Virus genome (UHGV): UHGV-0212541
From: a virus
Length of the DNA stretch: 39,460 nt
Direction: 5' to 3' (one strand)
Shown here: in pieces, positions 27,539 through 36,280 of the stretch
Layout: the number at the start of each line of letters is the position of its first letter
Numbering within the stretch: the first letter of the stretch is position 1
Notes under the pieces: generated by a model
The model's input: only the letters and a program-made list of their open reading frames with translations
The model's database searches: none
What the model was told of the DNA's origin: nothing
Position numbers and translations under genes: made by a program

Positions 27539-27944
27539 GACGACTAACTTCATTTGCTAGGGAGTTCATTTCAGCTGCTTTTTCTACCAAAGCAGTTGAG
27601 ATACTTTCTAGCTTTTCTGATTTAACAGAATTAAATACTGGCGTCTTGATACTAATCGATACATCTTGACGAGGATCAGGACTCGTTGCTCTATTTTTTT
27701 GCACCACTGATCTGTACTTTTCTACTGAATGATACTCAATTACTTGTTCTAAATGTTTTTTGTACTCTTTACATACAGCTTCTTTTTGGGTCAATTCTAA
27801 ACGTTGTTGCTCAATAATATCAATCAACCGTTCCCGATCCATACCTTGATACTTTATTTGTTCGACTTGGTCACTAGCCTTGTTGAGCAGTTCTTTTAGT
27901 TCAGTCAAATCTAATTTGACAGTTGCTTTGATTTCTTTATCCAT
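27531..27944 (-). CDS. coiled-coil protein, first ORF of the late leader transcript (start MDKEIK)
   Basis: GGAGG RBS before ATG 27944; the ORF-track N-terminal extension is unlikely to be translated. Confidence 0.5.
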   Translation of the reverse strand: MDKEIKATVKLDLTELKELLNKASDQVEQIKYQGMDRERLIDIIEQQRLELTQKEAVCKEYKKHLEQVIEYHSVEKYRSVVQKNRATSPDPRQDVSISIKTPVFNSVKSEKLESISTALVEKAAEMNSLANEVSRLI

Positions 27945-27972
27945 TCGTTTTTCCTCCAATACATAAATTAAT

Positions 27973-28057
27973 AGACAGCAACGGATGATAGATAATAAGA
28001 ACAATTTAGAAGGAGTTAAAATTCACATCCTTATTCTTAATATTTCCGCTGCTGTCT
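27973..28057 (-). other. 13-bp long-range inverted repeat (AGACAGCAACGGA / TCCGCTGCTGTCT; G-U-containing perfect stem in the minus-strand RNA) in the late leader
   Basis: read directly; pairs perfectly only in the minus-strand transcript. Confidence 0.45.
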
Positions 28058-28146
28058 ATCGAAGCTTAATTGTGAAACAATAATAAAACGATGTTCCTTT
28101 TATTATTATTTTGTCTCAGACCTATCACTAATCTTTCGACACTACC

Positions 28147-28202
28147 ATAATATCACGTTAAAACGCTCAAAAACCCTACACTATCCCTACAAAAACCCTA
28201 CA
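28147..28202 (-). promoter_or_regulatory. candidate late promoter: 3x TGTAGGG direct repeats at exact 11-bp phase, then extended -10 TGaTATTAT; 4 nt downstream of the arpU-like stop
   Basis: plus-strand CCCTACA at 28174, 28185, 28196; minus-strand TG+TATTAT at 28147-28155; no -35. Confidence 0.55.
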
Positions 28203-28205
28203 AAA

Positions 28206-28625
28206 TCAACGATACTGAACTAATACGCCTTTTTTGTATGCTTCTGCAAATTCGATCAGCGCGATAGATTTCAGCTTCTCTACATTCTTTTCACCGTATC
28301 CTCGTATCAATTGCCCTATTTCATAATTAGAGTGCTTGTTTACGTCACAGAAGCTGTAGTAGAGTATCTGACGGCTAATCAGACTAAGAGCCATCAAAGC
28401 CGCTAGAATCGCATCTCTCTCCGCTTCTATATCCATCATCTGAATGATCGCGTCTTCTGCCTTATTGCCATGCTTTGGTGCCTTCGGCATATCCGTAATA
28501 ATCGGCGACTTAATATCTATCAAAGAGCGACCTGCCATCCGCTCCAAACGCCGAAAGTTCTTCAGCACATCTCTCGCATTGCATCTTGTCTGTTTGAAAT
28601 CTACCTCTCGTAACAATTGCATCAA
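28206..28625 (-). CDS. ArpU-family phage late transcriptional regulator
   Basis: 139 aa; sigma region-4-like HTH C-terminus; N-terminal FKQTRCNARDVLKNFRRLERMAG pattern typical of ArpU-like proteins; last gene before the packaging cluster. Confidence 0.7.
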   Translation of the reverse strand: MMQLLREVDFKQTRCNARDVLKNFRRLERMAGRSLIDIKSPIITDMPKAPKHGNKAEDAIIQMMDIEAERDAILAALMALSLISRQILYYSFCDVNKHSNYEIGQLIRGYGEKNVEKLKSIALIEFAEAYKKGVLVQYR

Positions 28626-28697
28626 GTCAAACCGCTCCTTTATGTGATATAATAAACTTGTCTGTTTTATTATATTAGTCGGAGCGATCCGGCTTTT

Positions 28698-28994
28698 TTA
28701 TTTGTCATTGATTAGTTCCATATCCACCAATCGAGCCACTGCTAAATTCTCTTTGCTTTTAGCTGTCCATTTGTCACATTCCATCGTGTTTTCAATACGA
28801 ATGATTGCTGAGTGATTATAGAGATGCTCTACATATCCACGAAACGGATAGATGAACTCCTCTGCTTCGCAGCGAACCATGTCACCGACTTTGAATTTTG
28901 GTTTCTTACGTGTTTTAGGGTTCTTTGTCGGCATATCTAGCATTAAACCGCCGATACCGTGGCTGCTGGAGTAAAATCCGTCTTTTAGTTTCAT
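28698..28994 (-). CDS. hypothetical early protein, 98 aa
   Basis: ORF in the co-directional early operon. Confidence 0.45.
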   Translation of the reverse strand: MKLKDGFYSSSHGIGGLMLDMPTKNPKTRKKPKFKVGDMVRCEAEEFIYPFRGYVEHLYNHSAIIRIENTMECDKWTAKSKENLAVARLVDMELINDK

Positions 28995-29206
28995 TCTTTT
29001 TCCTCCGTCGTTACCGTGATTTTTTTCAGACTCACTTCATGATCTGTATACTCATGAATCAATTCGATTAAATCTTTTACATAAACGTAATTACCACTCA
29101 TGTTTTTAATGACATTTCCACCGCCCAAACTTAGCGACCCATCAACATTCAACCCTCTCACATAACCATTTTCAGAATCAATTGCGTAGTATGTTTCTTC
29201 TTTCAT
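28991..29206 (-). CDS. hypothetical early protein, 71 aa
   Basis: overlapping ORF chain in the early operon. Confidence 0.4.
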   Translation of the reverse strand: MKEETYYAIDSENGYVRGLNVDGSLSLGGGNVIKNMSGNYVYVKDLIELIHEYTDHEVSLKKITVTTEEKE

Positions 29207-29412
29207 TCCACTTCCTCCTCATGATCGACAGTGACCAGTTCATATACTTGCGTTAATCCACCAAGTCGTCGTGAAACTTGGTTAGCTTCTTCGAGATTAT
29301 CAAACCATCTTGCACTTTGGAGTATGTCTACAATGAATAATGTGTTAGCCCCTATAGAGCGTTCATCACTTCTATAAAATTTATTCCCGAACTTTACTAC
29401 ATAAATCTTCAT
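29203..29412 (-). CDS. small early protein, paralog of the 31948-32157 ORF (start MKIYVVKFGNKFYR)
   Basis: shares the MK[IF]YV[VI]KFG..FYR...WF pattern with the 31948-32157 ORF. Confidence 0.5.
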   Translation of the reverse strand: MKIYVVKFGNKFYRSDERSIGANTLFIVDILQSARWFDNLEEANQVSRRLGGLTQVYELVTVDHEEEVE

Positions 29413-29453
29413 TCTTTTTCCTCCATGCTCCGTTGTCTGGTGTTCATTGTCAA

Positions 29454-29699
29454 TCAACTCCCTAATCTGAAAGTGTCGTTTATACTTGATCGAAATCCTT
29501 TCAAGTGGTTCTCTACCACAGAATCAGTCACGTTAAAACGATCAATTAATACAGGAGCTGCCATATCTTTCAAATAACTTTGTCTGATGACTAATTCAGT
29601 ACTTTCAGGAAGTTTTTTATTAACCTCCCGACCATTAATAATTGACTGGACGTCTGCTTCACTTAGTGCTATTTCGTATTTCATTATGCTTCCTCCCAC
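29454..29699 (-). CDS. hypothetical early protein, about 76-81 aa
   Basis: ORF chain; start at M1 or M6. Confidence 0.4.
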   Translation of the reverse strand: MGGSIMKYEIALSEADVQSIINGREVNKKLPESTELVIRQSYLKDMAAPVLIDRFNVTDSVVENHLKGFRSSINDTFRLGS

Positions 29700-29884
29700 T
29701 TCAAAACAACATCGCCTTCTTGTTCAATGGTATCTAACCAAACGTGCTCGTGATCACTCATAATGACATATCGGAGCGGATAGCCCATCTCATCAAATTG
29801 AATAACGTTAGAACGATAAACTATATGTCGAGGCTTTTTATTTGAATGTCGTAAAAGCCCTTGTATCATATTTCTTAGTTTCAT
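29684..29884 (-). CDS. hypothetical early protein, 66 aa
   Basis: ORF chain. Confidence 0.4.
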   Translation of the reverse strand: MKLRNMIQGLLRHSNKKPRHIVYRSNVIQFDEMGYPLRYVIMSDHEHVWLDTIEQEGDVVLKWEEA

Positions 29885-29914
29885 TCCGCTTCCTCCTCTT
29901 TAGCTGTCAATTAC

Positions 29915-30109
29915 TTACTCGCAAGTCACTAAAATGGCTACTTCATCGATAAAGTTTCCATCTTCGTCTTCCATTCCTTGCTGAATGCTAATGTCGGTAA
30001 TCTGCTTAAAAAATCCGTTGTCATAGCCTTGTGCGTTTATCACTACTTCGACGTCTCCGAAAACCTCTTTGAGACTATTAATTTTATTTACTACTTCCGA
30101 TGCGTCCAT
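29915..30109 (-). CDS. hypothetical acidic early protein, 64 aa
   Basis: ORF chain. Confidence 0.4.
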   Translation of the reverse strand: MDASEVVNKINSLKEVFGDVEVVINAQGYDNGFFKQITDISIQQGMEDEDGNFIDEVAILVTCE

Positions 30110-30177
30110 GACTACACCCCTTTCCAGTTAAAAATCTCTGTCGTTAATAGACTACTGTTCAAAGTATTCATCTTCAC

Positions 30178-30468
30178 TCATCCTTCCGCCACCTCTTTCA
30201 TTTCCAAATAAATTTGCCACACTTCTTCTGGATTCGAAGACATCCATGAAGAAGCATCAAAATACTCACCAGTCGCAAAATATCCATCTTCGAATGCAAT
30301 CTCAAAAAATCTGATCATGTTCATAACATTCTGCTTTTCGCTATCAGTGGCGACCCAATACATTGAACGTTCACCGCTATCTATATGAATCTTTATTAAT
30401 TCTCTAACCTTAACGAGTTTTCTTTCTAGCAGAAAACCATCGATCAAAGTTTTTATTTTTTTGATCAT
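30178..30468 (-). CDS. hypothetical early protein (start MIKKIKTL)
   Basis: ORF; start trimmed to avoid overlap with the upstream gene. Confidence 0.4.
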   Translation of the reverse strand: MIKKIKTLIDGFLLERKLVKVRELIKIHIDSGERSMYWVATDSEKQNVMNMIRFFEIAFEDGYFATGEYFDASSWMSSNPEEVWQIYLEMKEVAEG

Positions 30469-30478
30469 CCGATTGAAC

Positions 30479-31138
30479 CTACACTTTCTCGACTGGCACA
30501 GCAAACGGCCAGTAGTTTTCATCTGCTGATTTAATCGTAAGTTCATCTAATTTTGCGACAAAACCTTTTCTAGGTTCTTTTGTAGGAAATATTCTAGTTT
30601 CATCACTTGTGATCTCATAATGTAGATACACATACTCTGTTTTAAGCCCCGCTGCCTCTTCATCCCAAACTTCATATGGTAGTCTCACATAATACAACGG
30701 CTCTTTCTCGACCTCGTAGCCGTCTATCCAAGCACGAGCAAACGTTTCTTGATTATCTTCAATCCATCTATCAGCCTTGCTATACTCAACACCGTAGAGG
30801 TTCCACGGCTTGAATGAAATAGCTAGACTATCGCCTTTCTTTTTAGCGTATTCTATCCATTCCGCCACAAACTTCGGCACCACTGGTTTCTGATGTTCAC
30901 CAGTCTTACCAAATACAGCATTATCTAAAGTGTTTCTCAAGCTTTGTGCCGATTCAGGATAAGCCTCAGCTACCTTATTCCAAGCTTGTTCGTCTGTAAT
31001 TTTTGATTCATTTAGTCTTTTCACCAACTTTAAAGATACTTCATAAGCGCCGTACCTTCCTTGACCATGCTCATCCATAACGTTCTCATAACTCTTTACA
31101 TATTTAGCTAATTCATCAATCAATTCTTGTTTATTCAT
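30479..31138 (-). CDS. DUF1642-like phage protein, 219 aa
   Basis: KPVVPKFVAEWIEYAKK motif reminiscent of DUF1642. Confidence 0.5.
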   Translation of the reverse strand: MNKQELIDELAKYVKSYENVMDEHGQGRYGAYEVSLKLVKRLNESKITDEQAWNKVAEAYPESAQSLRNTLDNAVFGKTGEHQKPVVPKFVAEWIEYAKKKGDSLAISFKPWNLYGVEYSKADRWIEDNQETFARAWIDGYEVEKEPLYYVRLPYEVWDEEAAGLKTEYVYLHYEITSDETRIFPTKEPRKGFVAKLDELTIKSADENYWPFAVPVEKV

Positions 31139-31162
31139 CGCTGTTCCTCCTTCATTTTATGT

Positions 31163-31351
31163 CTAAGAATACTTAGCTATAAGCTTAGCCATTTCTGCAG
31201 TAGCTTCTTTTTTTGTGCTAAAAACAGCAGGCGATGGCGGTTCCCATTGATAATGCCTAGCTCCATTGACTTTCTGCCAACCACCAAGAATGCTATTTTT
31301 ATATTCGATCATCCATCCACCATATGGATGTCGGGTTAATCTCCATTGCAT
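31163..31351 (-). CDS. hypothetical early protein (start MQWRL)
   Basis: ORF; alternative longer start overlaps YopX. Confidence 0.35.
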   Translation of the reverse strand: MQWRLTRHPYGGWMIEYKNSILGGWQKVNGARHYQWEPPSPAVFSTKKEATAEMAKLIAKYS

Positions 31352-31355
31352 TTTC

Positions 31356-31781
31356 CTAGCTCCTCTCCAATAACTCGCTGTTCTCGTATATATTTCCGAT
31401 GACTTCGTACATGTATTCTTCAAACAGTTCTGTGTTAAAAATTCGATACTCTAAGTCTTCATCAACAGTTGCACAAACTAGTCCCGAATGTCCTATTGAA
31501 TTTTTGACAATACAAACTTTATTATCTAAGTAATCGAATCCATTTAGCACGCTAACTGATACTACATCTCCCTCAAATATCTCCACACCATTCTTATCTT
31601 TCAGTCCTGTGGATTGCATGAGCTCGTATTTGTCTATCATTCCCCACATGCCACCGCCTAAATTTACAAGCGGAGCAATAAAGCCTGTTTCATCGTCTAT
31701 TGTCCAATCCACACTTTTATCATTATGCGGATAGTACATTTCATTTTCTTCTTTTGAATACGCTCGAAATCTCGGTATCAT
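31356..31781 (-). CDS. YopX-family protein
   Basis: MIPRFRAYSKEENEMYY ... VIGNIYENSELLE signature; ATGA coupling to the upstream ORF. Confidence 0.7.
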   Translation of the reverse strand: MIPRFRAYSKEENEMYYPHNDKSVDWTIDDETGFIAPLVNLGGGMWGMIDKYELMQSTGLKDKNGVEIFEGDVVSVSVLNGFDYLDNKVCIVKNSIGHSGLVCATVDEDLEYRIFNTELFEEYMYEVIGNIYENSELLERS

Positions 31782-31990
31782 TTGCTGTCCTCCTTCTGTA
31801 ACTCGCCGTAAATTGAACATCTGCGTCTAATTGCTTTTACTCTGCGTTCATTTTCGATTGTGGGCCGAATTTCGTATGTTCTTTTTGCCATTTTCAATTG
31901 ATTTCTAGCACCTCTTAATGCATCTGAATAGATTTCTTTTGGCATCATCATCTGCTTTTCTCCATATTTTCCAATCCCAATACACTGCAT
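31778..31990 (-). CDS. hypothetical early protein, 70 aa
   Basis: ORF chain. Confidence 0.4.
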   Translation of the reverse strand: MQCIGIGKYGEKQMMMPKEIYSDALRGARNQLKMAKRTYEIRPTIENERRVKAIRRRCSIYGELQKEDSK

Positions 31991-32157
31991 TCTTTAACTT
32001 CACCACCGAATTTTTCCGCAGTTTCCCTCGCATTTCCATAGCTATGGAACCACTGAGAATCTTGTAATAGAGGGGTTAAATTCAATGAAGCAACATTCAT
32101 AAATTGATTATCTTTCCTATAAAAATATTGACCAAACTTAATTACATAAAATTTCAT
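31948..32157 (-). CDS. small early protein, paralog of the 29203-29412 ORF (MKFYVIKFGQYFYR)
   Basis: paralogous pattern to the 29203-29412 ORF. Confidence 0.5.
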   Translation of the reverse strand: MKFYVIKFGQYFYRKDNQFMNVASLNLTPLLQDSQWFHSYGNARETAEKFGGEVKECSVLGLENMEKSR

Positions 32158-32168
32158 TTGCTGTCCTC

Positions 32169-32762
32169 CTATTTAATCAAGTCCAAGTCATAAACCGTAT
32201 AGTCACATCGATAAACAAATAAATATTTTCCATCGACTAAAAAGCCAGTACTTTTAGGAACATCTGTTTTATAAAGAGACACGTTGTTGCCTGCATATGT
32301 TGCTAAAGGAGTTCCGTTTTGGCTTCTAATGAGAATCATTTTTTGTTTGCCAGTGAAGGAATTTCTAAAATCATTGATCATTGAATTTACAATAGGGACA
32401 CCGCGTTGCATGTTTTGAATATCAACTTTCTTCGCATATTCATCAAAAACATTAGTTAAACCACGTTCAGCGATAATCATTGATGAACCAACATGATGTA
32501 GTTCTTTGTCACCTATCGTCACTTGAATTACTGACGAATCTTTACTTTCTGAATCTGTGTCAAATGTGGAATCACGTTCAATCATGATTGATTTGCCCAC
32601 AACTTTATCTATCAGTTGGCTTCCTTCGTCATACGTTTGTATGGTCATTTCTAACCCTTTGAAGCTTTCTTCAAATCCTTTGAAAAACATGCTTAAATCT
32701 TGGCATCCTGCCAAAATAAATACTAATGATACTGTTAATAACACTGTTAATTTCTTTTTCAC
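32169..32762 (-). CDS. lipoprotein (lipobox LAGC), 197 aa; candidate superinfection-exclusion or surface moron
   Basis: MKKKLTVLLTVSLVFILAGCQD signal peptide with lipobox; GTG start coupled to the upstream gene with a GGAGG RBS. Confidence 0.6.
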   Translation of the reverse strand: MKKKLTVLLTVSLVFILAGCQDLSMFFKGFEESFKGLEMTIQTYDEGSQLIDKVVGKSIMIERDSTFDTDSESKDSSVIQVTIGDKELHHVGSSMIIAERGLTNVFDEYAKKVDIQNMQRGVPIVNSMINDFRNSFTGKQKMILIRSQNGTPLATYAGNNVSLYKTDVPKSTGFLVDGKYLFVYRCDYTVYDLDLIK

Positions 32763-33053
32763 TTACTGTTCCTCCTCAATCTCACATGCCTGTTCAAACT
32801 GTCTAGTGATGTTTTCTAACGCTTTTTTGTACTCGATAATACTTTTTATCGTTCTTTCTTCACTTAACACGTAATCGCGTTGTATCGCCTTTAAACACGA
32901 TGAGACAGTTTGGAAGTACCCGATATCTGCTCGTGATTCTTCTTTTGCTTCTGTGTAGCGGATATTTCCTTCCTCATCTCGTCTTACCTTCGATAGGACA
33001 ATGTTTCTAGAATCACTGGTAATTCGATAATCTTCGATTTTCATGTCTAGCAT
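32763..33053 (-). CDS. hypothetical early protein, 96 aa
   Basis: ORF chain. Confidence 0.4.
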   Translation of the reverse strand: MLDMKIEDYRITSDSRNIVLSKVRRDEEGNIRYTEAKEESRADIGYFQTVSSCLKAIQRDYVLSEERTIKSIIEYKKALENITRQFEQACEIEEEQ

Positions 33054-33358
33054 TTTTTCTCCTCCACATACTTAAACTGTCGTCCTTTTGAATCAATCCA
33101 TAAGCTCCTAGCTCTATCCCAAATAATGTTTTTGCTCAGACCAGTAATTTCAGATAACTGTTCAGCAGTACCTGTTACTAAAATTCGGTCACCATGCCAA
33201 ATTGCAATTTTTCTCGGCGTTTTCCGTTTAGGCTTTTCAGCCCACATTGATTTACCGATCTTTTGAACTTCTGCAACTAATTCTTTGTCTTCTTGCCAAG
33301 ATTCTGACTTGGTTAATTCAGCAATTCGTTTCATTGCTGCTTTCTTATCCACGATCAT
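33047..33358 (-). CDS. putative DNA-binding protein (HTH-like GTAEQLSEITGLSKNIIWDRARS)
   Basis: HTH-like segment. Confidence 0.45.
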   Translation of the reverse strand: MIVDKKAAMKRIAELTKSESWQEDKELVAEVQKIGKSMWAEKPKRKTPRKIAIWHGDRILVTGTAEQLSEITGLSKNIIWDRARSLWIDSKGRQFKYVEEKKC

Positions 33359-33516
33359 TCCTCCAATCCACGAATTTCCCTTCTTAAATTCTCAATGTGT
33401 AAATCGATTGCCTTCCTCGCCGTTTCATTGACCATTACTGCCTTTGTCCGTTCCAGATCGTCAATTTCACGTTGAATGCTTCGAATACGCATTTGAATCA
33501 CTTCTTCTGTTGTCAT
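33355..33516 (-). CDS. small coiled-coil protein, 53 aa (below ORF-track cutoff)
   Basis: ATG with GAGGTGG RBS; stop overlaps the next ATG (ATGA). Confidence 0.4.
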   Translation of the reverse strand: MTTEEVIQMRIRSIQREIDDLERTKAVMVNETARKAIDLHIENLRREIRGLEE

Positions 33517-33530
33517 GATGGACCACCTCT

Positions 33531-33890
33531 TTAAAAACGCTCTTCCTTGAACGTATTCCGATATTTTTTAGCTAATATCAACGGCACTTGATATTGATGA
33601 CAGAACAACTTTGCCTTGATCTTAAAGTCTTTTGTCTGCATTCCTTTGACATCTACGACTTTGATTAGTTTGCCGTTTTTATAAAATGTGAAGTCAGGAA
33701 TATACTCGATCTTGCGATACTTCTTTCCATCTAGTTCAAATTTCGGCATCAGCTCAAATCTTTCCTGAAGTTTTACTTTCCAGCCGTTCGCTTCCGCTTG
33801 CCACAAGGCTAGATCGTAATACTCTGCTTCCGCGATAGAATCAAACTTGATACCTCGATGAACAGTTTTCTTATTACGGTATTTATTCAT
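33531..33890 (-). CDS. DUF1064-like protein (putative nuclease/resolvase-like)
   Basis: MNKYRNKKTVHRGIKFDSIAEAEYYDLAL pattern typical of DUF1064. Confidence 0.55.
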   Translation of the reverse strand: MNKYRNKKTVHRGIKFDSIAEAEYYDLALWQAEANGWKVKLQERFELMPKFELDGKKYRKIEYIPDFTFYKNGKLIKVVDVKGMQTKDFKIKAKLFCHQYQVPLILAKKYRNTFKEERF

Positions 33891-34780
33891 GTGATACTAC
33901 CTTTCACTGGTTTTATGCGCTTGTCTGCTGTTTGTTGGAATTTCAGCGCATAACCTTCTGAATTCTTAAATATCCTAGAAACAATTCTTTCGCCGTAGGC
34001 TTCTCTTAGTTCAGGACCAGATAAGTTTGTTGTGATGATAGTTGCCTTGTTCTGTCTGGCTTCTAAGAGCGTGTTTAACGTGTTGTTTGTAAACTGCCTA
34101 CTATTTGATACCCCACTACCTAATTCAGCTCCAATATCGTCAAAAACCACCAAATCAGTTGTTTTAATATCGGCTATAAGCGATCCTTCAATTTCTTTTC
34201 TCAGTTCAGCATTGTTATAAGAAAACTTTATTTGCTCTAATAACTCTTGATAGCTTATAAAAAGTATTTTCTTGTCATAATTTGAGCGCTCAAGTATTTC
34301 CCAAGCTGTAGCCATTGATAAGTGGCTTTTTCCGCTTCCTGATTTCCCTGATAGAATGAAATGTGCAGGATGGTTCAGTAGGACATCATTTACATAGCTT
34401 TTAGCTCTTTCTAAAGCAATTTTCGTTTCTTGGTCCACTACGTGATAATTCTCCATTTTGCATTTAAACAAAGTTTTATCTGTTAATACCGAACCATTTT
34501 GAAAAAAACTCAATGCTCGTGCTTTTAAGCTGTCGTTATATATCCGTTCGGTCTGTATATCCTCTTTCACACGTAACGCTTTATAACCACAACTCATGCA
34601 TGTTGGTTTACAACGTTCTGAACCATCCTTATTTTTAGCTCGCCAACTATACAAAGGTTCGCTACATTCTGGACATTTTCCGCTTTGCACTAATACTCTT
34701 CTTATTAGCTTCTCCATAGCGTTTGCTAGGCTTTCCATGTGATGCATCTCCTTTTTAAATTGGCAAGTCGTCATATTCAC
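33887..34780 (-). CDS. DnaC/DnaI-like helicase loader (IstB-like AAA+ ATPase) with N-terminal zinc finger
   Basis: Walker A GKSGSGKSHL, Walker B LVVFDDIG, N-terminal CPEC..C..C cluster. Confidence 0.8.
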   Translation of the reverse strand: MNMTTCQFKKEMHHMESLANAMEKLIRRVLVQSGKCPECSEPLYSWRAKNKDGSERCKPTCMSCGYKALRVKEDIQTERIYNDSLKARALSFFQNGSVLTDKTLFKCKMENYHVVDQETKIALERAKSYVNDVLLNHPAHFILSGKSGSGKSHLSMATAWEILERSNYDKKILFISYQELLEQIKFSYNNAELRKEIEGSLIADIKTTDLVVFDDIGAELGSGVSNSRQFTNNTLNTLLEARQNKATIITTNLSGPELREAYGERIVSRIFKNSEGYALKFQQTADKRIKPVKGSIT

Positions 34781-35582
34781 TAGGATTGCTGTACTGTAGT
34801 TTTTGACTTTGCTTTTTATGATTCTTCTTATCTGCTTTGATTTCGAATTTGAGCTTCTCGAATTTTTCTCTCAATTTCTTAGCACTTCTAATATTTCCAA
34901 ACCAAAATTCATTTGTAGGTAGCCAATTGATCACATACTCAATCGCTTCTATAGACGCTTTATCTCTTTCTTCCATCAACCTGATTGTGTCTGCCCATTT
35001 TTCGATATCTACTTTGTTCATTTCTTTTGGAAAATCTTCAGTTAAATTACTTTGCAATTTTTTAGCAAGGCGTAAGTGTTCGTCAGAATACTTACCTTTC
35101 TTTTCTTCTTTATCTATATCTTTCTCTATCTCTATCTCTAACTCTGGTGTAGTTTTGTCTGGACATTTGTCCGACACTTGTCCTCCAGTTATTAAATTCC
35201 GTTTTGCCTCTTCTATTTTCTTTCTGTATTCTCTTTTTCTATCTGCTTCAGTTGAGGATTTTCCAATGAAACTTTGTATATCAGACATATAAATTGCTCC
35301 GTTATCTAATACGTCAATAAGCTGCAAATCACGGAAAATTTGTACCGCTTTTTCTACGACTCCTACAGAATGTCTTGTAATAGTTGCGAGCATTGTAGAG
35401 TTAAATGGAATCCTGTCATTAAACATCAACTTACCTTCGTGTTTTAGACTTCTTAAATAAAGTTTGAGAAGAATATTAGAATAAATATAGCCATCTGGCA
35501 TACTTTCTAAGAGAACCATCTCGTCACTATCGAAAAAATTCTCTTTTAGTTTTAAATAGTAGTAGCGTTTGTTGTCAGACAA
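34755..35582 (-). CDS. phage replisome organizer (DnaD-like N-terminal domain)
   Basis: YYYLKLKENFFDSDEMVLLESMPDGYIYSNILLKLYLRSLK matches the replisome-organizer N-terminal pattern. Confidence 0.75.
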   Translation of the reverse strand: MSDNKRYYYLKLKENFFDSDEMVLLESMPDGYIYSNILLKLYLRSLKHEGKLMFNDRIPFNSTMLATITRHSVGVVEKAVQIFRDLQLIDVLDNGAIYMSDIQSFIGKSSTEADRKREYRKKIEEAKRNLITGGQVSDKCPDKTTPELEIEIEKDIDKEEKKGKYSDEHLRLAKKLQSNLTEDFPKEMNKVDIEKWADTIRLMEERDKASIEAIEYVINWLPTNEFWFGNIRSAKKLREKFEKLKFEIKADKKNHKKQSQKLQYSNPSEYDDLPI

Positions 35583-35588
35583 TATTTT

Positions 35589-36275
35589 TTACCCTCCTAT
35601 TCTAAGTTTCTTAATTGTTCCCTGGTTTAACTTGATTCCTTTGATTTGATATTTATTTTTGAAATTGATCACACCTATTTTGTGCTTCTCTGTGTGATGG
35701 ATTCTGCAGAGTGCTGCAAATGTGTACTCTGAATGATCAACTTCCTTGCGCTTCCGTCTTCCTAGCGCTTTATCAAAGTGATCGATGTCAGCTCCTGTTT
35801 TGCCACAGATGCAGCAGACTCTTTTTGTGATGCATTTGTAGAAGTAATACTCTTGATTCGCTGGTAAAATCTCATAACCTTCCTTAAAAGGAATATGATG
35901 TTCAAAGATGAAATCTAAGATGATATTTGCTAAGACGTTAGCATCACTCACAGTTGTATTCGATTCGTCTTTGAGGCTGATTTTGCGCCCTGTGACACCT
36001 TCAAAACGAAAGTAGAAGAATTCCTTCCAGAAGTCCGTTGGCATGCCTGTATCGATGAAAATATCGCCTATGAGTGCATAGATGAAGTTTCGTTGCTGTA
36101 CGGTAAATCGACGTGGATCAATAAAACGAATTTCAATGACTCGATCGCCATCGTAGCCGTCATACATCGTCTTTAGTCGATCAATGTTCACTTCTTCATT
36201 GATCGTTGCCCCTATGTCTTTTCCTTTGAACTTTTTCAGAACTGCTGAATATGAATCGATTAATGGTTTAAACAC
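35589..36275 (-). CDS. DUF968-like protein with C-terminal Cys/His (HNH-like) cluster
   Basis: CCICGKTGADIDHFD ... CRIHHTEKH. Confidence 0.4.
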   Translation of the reverse strand: MFKPLIDSYSAVLKKFKGKDIGATINEEVNIDRLKTMYDGYDGDRVIEIRFIDPRRFTVQQRNFIYALIGDIFIDTGMPTDFWKEFFYFRFEGVTGRKISLKDESNTTVSDANVLANIILDFIFEHHIPFKEGYEILPANQEYYFYKCITKRVCCICGKTGADIDHFDKALGRRKRKEVDHSEYTFAALCRIHHTEKHKIGVINFKNKYQIKGIKLNQGTIKKLRIGG

Positions 36276-36280
36276 TCATA

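Noticed and set aside
27531-28004. N-terminal 20-aa extension (MFLLSIIRCC...) of the late-leader ORF
   Set aside because: It overlaps the 13-bp leader stem and has no RBS. The internal ATG at 27944 has a GGAGG RBS.
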